A model generated the notes under the pieces. The model saw only the letters and a list, made by a program, of their open reading frames with translations, was not told where the DNA came from and searched no databases. This document shows positions 8,333 through 17,067 of a stretch of 18,399 nt of DNA, piece by piece. Location of the stretch: assembly GCA_044229145.1 (NCBI GenBank), contig JBGATO010000072.1, forward strand, positions 1 to 18,399, written 5' to 3'. Positions within the stretch are counted from its first letter, which is position 1. Each line of letters starts with the position of its first letter. Both the position numbers and the translations under genes were made by a program. This DNA is from Candidatus Eiseniibacteriota bacterium. GTDB lineage: Bacteria; Eisenbacteria; RBG-16-71-46; CAZEPH01.

Positions 8333-8811
8333 GTGGTGAGTGAGTCGGGCCGGCGCGCGAAGCGCAGGTCCGTCGCGTCGCCGAGCACGATCTCGGCGGT
8401 GGTATACACGGCGCAACCATCCATGAGATGCCCGCCGATCGTCCGGCCCGTGCTGTCGCTGGCGGCCAGGTGCAGGTGCGCGCCGTCCTGGCCGAGCGTT
8501 CCGGTCAGCGAGACGATCTCGAAGTGCCCGGCCACCGAATCGGCGCCGGCTTGGTTGGCGTAGCGCAGCCGCAGCGTACGCAGGCTGCCGACGCAGGTCA
8601 CGACGTAGCCTGCCTGCAGGCCGTTCTCCCGGGCGAAGCGGTCGAGTTCGCGGCGCACGTCTTGTCCGGGCGTCAGCCGCAGCGCCCACACCCGCGAGCC
8701 CGCCGACGCGCCGCGCAGTTCCTCGGGACGCGGGCGCGTCATCGGCGCGTCCGCCGCCCACGCCGCGCTCACCGCCATCGTCGCCATCACCGCCACCAGC
8801 CACCGCCGCAT
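8299..8811 (-). CDS. PPC domain (DUF296) protein with N-terminal signal peptide
   Basis: LRLTPGQD, TCVGSL, FEIVSLTGTL, HLHLAASDSTGRTIGGHL and YTTAEIVLG are PPC/DUF296 motifs. Strong SD GGAGGAGG at 8816-8823. Leader MRRWLVAVMATMAVSAAWA. Confidence 0.92.
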   Translation of the reverse strand: MRRWLVAVMATMAVSAAWAADAPMTRPRPEELRGASAGSRVWALRLTPGQDVRRELDRFARENGLQAGYVVTCVGSLRTLRLRYANQAGADSVAGHFEIVSLTGTLGQDGAHLHLAASDSTGRTIGGHLMDGCAVYTTAEIVLGDATDLRFARRPDSLTTYRELRIDPRR

Positions 8812-8837
8812 GCACCCTCCTCCGAGTCAGGGCGCGC

Positions 8838-8846
8838 AGGATAGCA
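8838..8846 (-). promoter_or_regulatory. Candidate extended -10 sigma70 promoter for the DUF296 gene
   Basis: The minus strand reads TG-C-TATCCT (TGnTAnnnT), 27 nt upstream of the ATG. Confidence 0.45.
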
Positions 8847-8925
8847 CGCGGCCCTTGTGCGCCGCCGCGATTCGCCCCACAGTTTCGCCGCTCACCGATC
8901 GGCCTGCGTCCCGGAGCGACCCGAC

Positions 8926-10728
8926 GTGCCCGCACCCTATTCGTCTCTGCGCGCCTTCTTGCGCGACCTCGAAGCGCACGGCCAGCTCGCACGCGTGCGC
9001 TGCGAGGTGGACGCGCACTTGGAAGCTGGGGCCATCGCCATCCGTTGCCTGCGCGAAGGCGGGCCGGCGTTGTTGTTCGAGAACGTGAAGGGCGCGCGGC
9101 ATCCGCTCCTGCTCAATCTGTTCGGGACGATGGATCGCATCACGATGGCGCTCGGCATGCCGCCGGCGGAACTCGGTGCGCGACTGCACGGCGCGGCGGA
9201 GCGCATGCTGCCGCCGTCGCCGTCGACCGTGCTGCGCGGCGCGTGGGCGGCGCGCGATCTGGCGCCCCGCGTGTTGTCGATGCGCACCACACACGCGTGG
9301 TCGGCGCCGGTACAGGAGGTCAGCGAGACGCCGAACCTCGACGCGCTGCCGATCCTCACCTGCTGGCCGGGCGACGGCGGGCGCTTCCTGACGTATCCCA
9401 ATGTGCTCACGCGATCGCCGGGCAACGGCGGTCTCAACATGGGCGTGTACCGCATGCAGGTGTTCGAGCCGGCCCTCACCGGCATGCACTGGCAGATCGA
9501 GCGCGGCTCCGGCGCGCACTACGCGGAGGCCGAGGCGCTCGGCCGCCCGCTGCCGGTGGCGGTGGCGATCGGTTCGGACCCGGCGACGCTCATCTCGGCA
9601 ATCGCCCCGCTGCCCGAGGGCATGGACGAGTTGCGCTTCTCCGGCTTCCTGCGTGGCGCGCCGCTCGCGGTGGCCCGCTCGGCCGCCGGCATCCCGGTGC
9701 CCGCGCAGGCCGAGTTCGTGCTGGAAGGCGAAGTCGCCCCGTTCGAGCGCCGCGTCGAGGGGCCATTCGGCGATCACTTCGGCCACTACAGCGCCGCCTC
9801 GCCGTTCCCGCTGTTCCGCATCCAACGCGTGACGCGACGCCGCGACGCCATCTACCACGGCGTCATCGTCGGCAAACCGCCACAGGAAGACCAGCCGCTC
9901 GGCGACGCCGTGCAGGAAGTCACCGCCCCGATGCTGTCGTTCATCCACCCCGAAGTGCGTGGCGTGTGGGCCTACTACGAGGCCGGCTTCCACAATCTGC
10001 TCGGCGTGCAGGTGCGCGAACGCTACGGCCGCGAAGGGCTCAAGGCGGCGTTTGGGCTGCTCGGCCAGGGCCAGCTGTCGCTGTCAAAGGTCGTCGTGCT
10101 GACCGGGCCGGAGCACGATCCGCGCGATCCGCACGCCCTGCTGCGCGCGCTGGCGACACACTTCCGGCCCGAAGAAGACGCGCACATCCTGCACGAGACG
10201 GCGCTCGACACCCTCGACTTCACCTCGTACCGCATGCACCGCGGGTCGAAGATCGTGCTCGACGCGATCCCGCGCGGAGACTCGCCGCCGCGGCCGCCGA
10301 TGTCGGCGGAGGCGCGCGCGGCGTGCGATCCGGCGCGCATCGCCGGGCTCGATTCGCGGATCCGCCGGGTGCGGCTGGTGGACGACGCGCTGCTGGTGGT
10401 CACGGTGCCGATGGGCACGGTCGGCCGCCCGGTGCTCGAGACGCTGCTCGCCGCACTGCCGCCGGACAGCGTGCCGCTCCTGGCGGTGGTCAGCGACGAC
10501 GTCGACATCGACAGTCACGTCGAACTGATCTGGGGCATCACGACGCGCTTCGACGCCGCGCTCGACGTGCGGTTCTCGTCGGTCGAGACGATCGGCGCGG
10601 TGGCGGTCCCGCACGGCATCCTCGGGATCGACGCCAGCTGGAAGCCCGGCTATCAGGAGCCCCTGGTCACCGATCCGGACACCGAGCGCCTGGTGGAGCG
10701 GCGCTGGCGGGAGTACTTCGCGCGATGA
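8926..10728 (+). CDS. ubiD: UbiD-family prFMN-dependent decarboxylase, long form (probably menaquinone/futalosine-pathway type)
   Basis: 600 aa from GTG 8926 (SD GGAG 8913-8916). GPALLFENVKG, NMGVYRMQ, EGPFGDHFGHY, GKPPQED, DTLDFT...GSKIVLDA. Confidence 0.9.
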   Translation: MPAPYSSLRAFLRDLEAHGQLARVRCEVDAHLEAGAIAIRCLREGGPALLFENVKGARHPLLLNLFGTMDRITMALGMPPAELGARLHGAAERMLPPSPSTVLRGAWAARDLAPRVLSMRTTHAWSAPVQEVSETPNLDALPILTCWPGDGGRFLTYPNVLTRSPGNGGLNMGVYRMQVFEPALTGMHWQIERGSGAHYAEAEALGRPLPVAVAIGSDPATLISAIAPLPEGMDELRFSGFLRGAPLAVARSAAGIPVPAQAEFVLEGEVAPFERRVEGPFGDHFGHYSAASPFPLFRIQRVTRRRDAIYHGVIVGKPPQEDQPLGDAVQEVTAPMLSFIHPEVRGVWAYYEAGFHNLLGVQVRERYGREGLKAAFGLLGQGQLSLSKVVVLTGPEHDPRDPHALLRALATHFRPEEDAHILHETALDTLDFTSYRMHRGSKIVLDAIPRGDSPPRPPMSAEARAACDPARIAGLDSRIRRVRLVDDALLVVTVPMGTVGRPVLETLLAALPPDSVPLLAVVSDDVDIDSHVELIWGITTRFDAALDVRFSSVETIGAVAVPHGILGIDASWKPGYQEPLVTDPDTERLVERRWREYFAR

Positions 10729-11864
10729 TCGTCGGTCCGTACGCGCCGGGGCCGCCGGCGTTCCGCGCCTGGGATTCGCGCGCTCCGAAGGTCGCGGCGA
10801 TGCTGCGCTCGGTGGTCATCGCGCAGGCGCCCGATCTCGCCGTGGAGCACGTCGGCAGCACGGCGGTCGAGAATTGCGACGGCAAAGGCCTGATCGACCT
10901 GATGGTGCTCTATCCGCCGGGGAACCTGGAGCACGCGCGGCGGGTGCTGCTCGGCCTCGGATTCCAGCGTCAGACCTCGCGGCTCTGCTTCCCCGACTGG
11001 CGCCCGCTGCTGCAGGGCACGGTGATGCTCGACGACCGGGCGTACGCCGTCCACGCGCACGTGCTGGCGGCCAGCGACGATGAGGTCACCGAGATGCGCA
11101 CCTGGCGCGACGCCCTGCGCGCCAGCCTGCCGCTGCGCGGCTGCTACATGGCGGTCAAGCAGGCGGTGCTCGAGGCGTCGCCGGCCGATGGCACCGCCTA
11201 CGCGCTCGCCAAGGGCGTCTTCGTCCAGAACGCGGTGTGGGCGTTGCGCGCCGGCGTGCCGGCCGAGGCCCTGTCGCACTATCCCGCGGTGCCGCCGGTG
11301 CCGGTGCCGGATCCGCCGCGCACCCGCACCGGGCTGCTGCTCGTCGACGCGCAGGCGAACATGTTCGATCCGGCGTCACCGGTGGACGACGCGCCGGCGC
11401 TGCGCGAACGCCTGGCGGCGCTGCTTGCCCGGGCGCGCGACGCCCACGCACCGGTCGTGTTCGTCCAGAACGAGGGCGGCCCGGGCGATCCCGACGAGCC
11501 CGGCGCGCCCGGCTGGGAGATGGAGCCGGCGCTCCAGCCGCTGCCCGGCGAGCCGGTGTTGCGCAAGACCACGTGCGACGCGTTCGCCTCGACACCGCTC
11601 GGCGCCCTGTGCGCGGCGCGGAACATCGGCCGGCTGGTGGTGGCCGGGCTGCAGTCCGAGTTCTGCATCCGCGAGACGGTGCGCGGTGCCGCGGCGATGG
11701 GGGTGACGCCGATTCTCGCGGCCGACGGTCACTCCACCTATCCGCACGGCGACGTGCCCGCCGCCGCCATCCGCGCGCGCACCACCGCCGAACTCGCCAC
11801 GTTCGCACCCGTCGCGACGATCGCGGAAATCGCATTTCCAGAGGGAAAATCGTCTCGGAAATAG
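10725..11864 (+). CDS. GrpB (UPF0157) domain fused to isochorismatase-family cysteine hydrolase
   Basis: 379 aa from ATG 10725 (ATGA overlap with the ubiD stop). N-terminal VEHVGSTAV...GKGLIDLMV...WRDALR...YALAK (GrpB), then a Pro-rich linker. C-terminal LLLVDAQ, RKTTCDAF and AGLQSEFCIRET provide the D-K-C triad. Confidence 0.87.
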   Translation: MIVGPYAPGPPAFRAWDSRAPKVAAMLRSVVIAQAPDLAVEHVGSTAVENCDGKGLIDLMVLYPPGNLEHARRVLLGLGFQRQTSRLCFPDWRPLLQGTVMLDDRAYAVHAHVLAASDDEVTEMRTWRDALRASLPLRGCYMAVKQAVLEASPADGTAYALAKGVFVQNAVWALRAGVPAEALSHYPAVPPVPVPDPPRTRTGLLLVDAQANMFDPASPVDDAPALRERLAALLARARDAHAPVVFVQNEGGPGDPDEPGAPGWEMEPALQPLPGEPVLRKTTCDAFASTPLGALCAARNIGRLVVAGLQSEFCIRETVRGAAAMGVTPILAADGHSTYPHGDVPAAAIRARTTAELATFAPVATIAEIAFPEGKSSRK

Positions 11865-12008
11865 TTCTCTCGCGGGGCGTGTTTGAGTATTCTCTCTCGC
11901 GACGAGGAGGATCCTCGTTCACTGTTCTGCCCCGCTGCGCCGGAGAAGCGCAGATCACGCACGATGCAGACAGCCACTCGATGGCAGTCATTTGGGAGGA
12001 CGTCAAGC

Positions 12009-12467
12009 ATGGCCAGCGCGAAGAAGGCGTCGGCGAAGAAGGCTGCGAAGAAGCCGGCCAAGAAGGCGGCGGCGAAGAAGCCGGCGGCGAAGAAGCCGGC
12101 GAAGAAGGCGGCGAAGAAGCCGGCAGCCAAGAAGCCCGCGGCCAAGAAGGCGACGAAGAAGGCCGTGAAGAAGGCGACCAAGAAGGCCGCGAAGAAGGCC
12201 GCGCCGAAGAAGAAGCGTGCGCCGAACCCGGCGTTCATGAAGGCGATGACGCCGAGCGCCGCGTTGGCGGCTGTCATCGGCTCGAAGCCGATGCCGCGCA
12301 CCGAAGTCACCAAGAAGGTGTGGGACTACATCAAGAAGAACAAGCTGCAGGACACCGTGAACAAGCGCAACATCAACGCCGACGATGCGCTCAAGGCGGT
12401 GTTCAACGGCAAGAAGACCGTCACCATGTTCGAGATGACCGCGCTGATCAACAAGCACCTCAGCTAA
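12009..12467 (+). CDS. Histone H1-like Lys/Ala-rich protein with C-terminal SWIB/MDM2 domain
   Basis: 152 aa from ATG 12009 (SD GGAGGA 11995-12000). About 70 aa of AKKA/AKKPA repeats, then PSAALAAVIGSKPMPRTEVTKKVWDYIKKNKLQD...MFEMTALINKHL (bacterial SWIB). Confidence 0.93.
   Translation: MASAKKASAKKAAKKPAKKAAAKKPAAKKPAKKAAKKPAAKKPAAKKATKKAVKKATKKAAKKAAPKKKRAPNPAFMKAMTPSAALAAVIGSKPMPRTEVTKKVWDYIKKNKLQDTVNKRNINADDALKAVFNGKKTVTMFEMTALINKHLS
12018..12215 (+). repeat. Low-complexity coding repeats (GCG/GCC-AAG-AAG) encoding AKK units
   Basis: Recurrent GCGAAGAAG/GCCAAGAAG units, in frame within the SWIB gene. Confidence 0.9.
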
Positions 12468-12504
12468 CGCGTCATCGCGCGACGCACAGAGTCGCGCCGC
12501 GAAC

Positions 12505-12544
12505 GCGAAAGGGAGCGAGCCGCGAAGGCACGCTCCCTTTTCGC
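12505..12544. terminator. Likely bidirectional intrinsic terminator
   Basis: AAAGGGAGCG (12508-12517) pairs with CGCTCCCTTT (12531-12540), with an inner GCC/GGC stem. TTTT follows on + and TTT on -. It lies between two convergent genes. Confidence 0.8.
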
Positions 12545-12561
12545 ATCTGCGCCGCTGTCGT

Positions 12562-13518
12562 TTAGTGACGCGCCGCGTCCTGCTGGCGCAAGAACGCGCG
12601 GAGCGCATCGTTGTGGCTCTGCGCATTGTCCTGCATCGACAGATGCGCGGCCTCGGGAATCGCGATGCAGCGCGCGCCGGGAATCAGCCGTGCGTACCAG
12701 GCTGCGAGATCCGTCGTCACTTCATCGTACTTGCCGGCGAGCACGAGCGTCGGTGTGTCGATGTCCTTCACGCGCGGCGTGCTGTCGTAGTCCTTCAGCG
12801 TGCCGGTGATGGTGAACTCGCTCGGCCCTTGCATGTACTGATAGATCGCTTGGTTGAATGTCGCGAAGGTCGAGTCGGTGTCCGCCGACCAGGGTTGCTT
12901 GCGCGCGAGGAAGTACGAGTAGAAGACCGCCATCGCCTGCTGATACTCCGGCGCATCGGTGGTACCGTCCTTCTCGTGCCGCGTGATCGCCTGCTGTGTC
13001 GAGTCGGGGAGCAACGCGCGCAGGCTGTCGGCGCCGTGGATGTAGCGCGGCACGCTGAGCACGGGACTCGAGAGCGTGAGCGAGCGCAATCCGTGCGGAT
13101 GCCGCAGCGTGTACTCGGTGGCGACGATGGTGCCCCACGAGTGTCCGTAGAGATGCACATCGCGCAGACCGAGCGCCTGACGCACGTCGTCGATCTCACG
13201 CACGTAATGTTCGATGGTCCAGCGCGTGGTGTCGGGACTCGGATCGCTGTGACCGCAGCCGAGCTGGTCGTAGTAGATCACCGGCCGGTCGTCCCCGAGC
13301 GCGTCGAGCGGCTTGAGGTAGTAGCTCGACGCGCCGGGCCCGCCGTGCAGCACGAGAAGCGGTGTGCCGCGGCCGTGACCTGCGATGCGATACCACAGAC
13401 GCCCGCCGTCGGTCTGGACGTAGCCGGTTCGCGGCGAGAGATCCGGACCGCGCGCGCATCCGGCAAGAACGAGTGCGACCCATACTGCGGCGAGACGCCG
13501 CGCGACGACAGCGATCAT
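12562..13518 (-). CDS. Proline iminopeptidase-family alpha/beta hydrolase (peptidase S33), lipoprotein
   Basis: 318 aa from ATG 13518 (SD GAGGG). LHGGPG, YDQLGCGHS, GHSWG (nucleophile), GPSEF, AGKYDE and AAHL. N-terminal lipobox VLAG-C. Confidence 0.92.
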   Translation of the reverse strand: MIAVVARRLAAVWVALVLAGCARGPDLSPRTGYVQTDGGRLWYRIAGHGRGTPLLVLHGGPGASSYYLKPLDALGDDRPVIYYDQLGCGHSDPSPDTTRWTIEHYVREIDDVRQALGLRDVHLYGHSWGTIVATEYTLRHPHGLRSLTLSSPVLSVPRYIHGADSLRALLPDSTQQAITRHEKDGTTDAPEYQQAMAVFYSYFLARKQPWSADTDSTFATFNQAIYQYMQGPSEFTITGTLKDYDSTPRVKDIDTPTLVLAGKYDEVTTDLAAWYARLIPGARCIAIPEAAHLSMQDNAQSHNDALRAFLRQQDAARH

Positions 13519-13529
13519 GCGTGATTCCC

Positions 13530-14966
13530 TCAGATGAGCGACTTCGCCCACGCGAGCTGCGAGAAGTCGAAGCGGAAGTTCTCGGGAAGGTACTGGCCGG
13601 CTTCCTTGTCGAGCGTGTAGCGGCCTTGCTCCTTGCCCGCGGCGACGATCTTGAGCGCCTCGACGGCCGCGTCGACATCCTCGCGTGTGCTGTAGATGCC
13701 GAACGAGATGCGCACCGCGCCGGGGATCGCCGAGTAGTCGTGCTGGCGAATGCGCTCGCGGCACTCGGCGGTGGCTTGGTGCGTCATCTCGAGCAAGTGC
13801 AGCAAGTACGGATGGGCGCAGAAGCAGCCGTTGCGCACCGCCACCGCGTGTTCGTAGGTCAAGATCGCGGCGACGCGCGCGTGGTGATGCCCGAGCAGGT
13901 TGAAGGAGATGACGCCAAGACGGTCGTGGTGCTCGAGCGTGGTGCAGCCGTACATCTCCATGCCGGGCACTTCGTCCATCCGCGCGAACGCGTAGGTGGT
14001 GAGGTCGCGTTCGTGCGCGGCGATGGCGTCCATGCCGAGGCGTTCCATCTCGTTGATCGCCGCGGTCAGCGCCACCGCACCGACGACGTTCGGCGAGCCG
14101 GCTTCCTGGCGATGCGGCGCCTCGCTCCAGATGATCTCGTCTTCCATCACGATGTCGACGGTGCCGCCACCGACGATGGCCGGCGGCGAGGCCTCGAACA
14201 CCGCCGGCGGCCCCACCAACACACCGATGCCGAACGGCGCGTACATCTTGTGCGCGCTGAAGACGATGTAGTCGAGCGCGTCTTCGTGGCCTGGCGTGCC
14301 CATCTCGATCTTGCGGTGCGGTGCGAGCTGCGCCGCGTCGACGAGCACTTGCGCGCCGTAGCGGTGCGCGATGCGCGCCACCGCGTGCACCGGCGGCACG
14401 CAGCCGGTGACGTTCGATCCGCCGCTCACCGCGACCAGCTTCACGCGCTTGCCATACTTCTGCAGGTGACGTTCGAGGTCCTCGAGATCCATGAAGCCGT
14501 GCTCGTCGACCTCGACGTAGTGCAGGTGCGTGTGGAGGCGCCACGGCAAGAGGTTGGCGTGGTGCTCGATCACCGTCGACAACACGATGCCGTCGGGGTC
14601 CTGGCCGAGGTGGAACGCGAGCGCGTTGATCACTTCGGTGGTGTTCTTGCCGAAGATCACTGTGTGCTGCGCGGGATCGCCGCCGACGAAGCGCAGCACC
14701 GCCGAGCGCGCGCCTTCGTAGAGCGCGGTCGACAGCTGTGACTTGTAGCCGGCGCCACGGTGGATGCTCGAGTAGTAGGGCATCGCCGCGTTCACCGCGT
14801 CGAGCACGCAGCGCAAGGTCGGCGTGGAGGCGGCGCTATCGAGATTGATGTACGGCTTCATCGCCCCGGAGAGCGTCGGCACCTGCACGTCGATGCCGAC
14901 CACGCTGGCGCGCACGGCGGCGAGGTCGTAACCCGAAAAGGCGGTGTGAGCCGAAGTCGACGACAC
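13530..14966 (-). CDS. Class V PLP-dependent aminotransferase / SufS-like cysteine desulfurase
   Basis: YINLDSAAST, IHRG, EHHANLLPW, DAAQ, FSAHKMYAP (PLP Lys) and VRNGCFCAHPY (variant of RxGHHCA). GTG start with SD GGAGGA at 14973-14978. Confidence 0.92.
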   Translation of the reverse strand: MSSTSAHTAFSGYDLAAVRASVVGIDVQVPTLSGAMKPYINLDSAASTPTLRCVLDAVNAAMPYYSSIHRGAGYKSQLSTALYEGARSAVLRFVGGDPAQHTVIFGKNTTEVINALAFHLGQDPDGIVLSTVIEHHANLLPWRLHTHLHYVEVDEHGFMDLEDLERHLQKYGKRVKLVAVSGGSNVTGCVPPVHAVARIAHRYGAQVLVDAAQLAPHRKIEMGTPGHEDALDYIVFSAHKMYAPFGIGVLVGPPAVFEASPPAIVGGGTVDIVMEDEIIWSEAPHRQEAGSPNVVGAVALTAAINEMERLGMDAIAAHERDLTTYAFARMDEVPGMEMYGCTTLEHHDRLGVISFNLLGHHHARVAAILTYEHAVAVRNGCFCAHPYLLHLLEMTHQATAECRERIRQHDYSAIPGAVRISFGIYSTREDVDAAVEALKIVAAGKEQGRYTLDKEAGQYLPENFRFDFSQLAWAKSLI

Positions 14967-14991
14967 GGCAGATCCTCCAGAGCGCGCGGGG

Positions 14992-15333
14992 TCAGCGTCC
15001 CCAGCGATAGGCGGCGACGGCGGCAGTCCCGCCGAGTGCGATCGCCGGGAGCAGCGGCGGCCGCGTGATGTCGTGCGTGGCGATCCACGCGAGCAGTGTG
15101 AAGGCGATCGCGGCGAGCACGCCGGTGGCGAAGGTCGCCGAGAAGTTGCGCGTGCGCTGGGCGACCATGCCGGCGACCCCGCCGGTCAGCAGACCCTTCA
15201 CCATGCCGCCGAGAATGAGCCCACGCACGGAGGGTCCGTACGCCGCGGCGGGTGACGCCGGCCACGCATCGATCAGCCCGAGGGCGCCGCCCATGAGCAA
15301 TCCGGTGCACGTTCCGATGAAGGCTTTCGACAC
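14992..15333 (-). CDS. Small hypothetical membrane protein (about 4 TM, Gly-rich)
   Basis: 113 aa from GTG 15333 (SD GGAGA 15341-15345). Four hydrophobic segments with GxxxG patterns. Ends 25 nt before the desulfurase start. Confidence 0.75.
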   Translation of the reverse strand: MSKAFIGTCTGLLMGGALGLIDAWPASPAAAYGPSVRGLILGGMVKGLLTGGVAGMVAQRTRNFSATFATGVLAAIAFTLLAWIATHDITRPPLLPAIALGGTAAVAAYRWGR

Positions 15334-15370
15334 GGTGGCGTCTCCGGGGGGCCAGGACGGGGCCACCGCG

Positions 15371-15379
15371 ACTGTACCA
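15371..15379 (-). promoter_or_regulatory. Candidate extended -10 promoter for the minus-strand operon
   Basis: The minus strand reads TG-G-TACAGT, 38 nt upstream of GTG 15333. Confidence 0.4.
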
Positions 15380-15540
15380 CTGCGTTCGCCGCCGGGGCGA
15401 GGGGCGAGCGGTGGTCCAGGCGCGGCTGGCGGAATTCGGACGTCGCGGTCGCGGCGGACGTACGCGGCCCTTGGCGGCAGCGAGGCCGGCCGCGACACTT
15501 CTCCTGTCGCCCCTCGTCCCCCGCCGCCGGAGACCGTCGC

Positions 15541-17063
<1,523 letters not shown>

Positions 17064-17067
<4 letters not shown>

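Noticed and set aside
9045..10724. N-terminal 560 aa of the 939-aa ORF, suggesting a giant protein or a frameshift fusion with ubiD
   Set aside because: This is an Arg/Ala-rich off-frame read of ubiD. The real gene starts at the ATGA overlap at 10725, and no slippery site is needed.
12018..12215. Repeats as a possible CRISPR array or non-coding tandem repeat
   Set aside because: They are short, degenerate, in-frame Lys/Ala codon repeats with no spacers and no cas genes.
13519..14544. N-terminal extension of the 660-aa minus-strand ORF
   Set aside because: It is an alternative frame of the desulfurase gene. The peptidase has its own SD, ATG (13518) and signal peptide.
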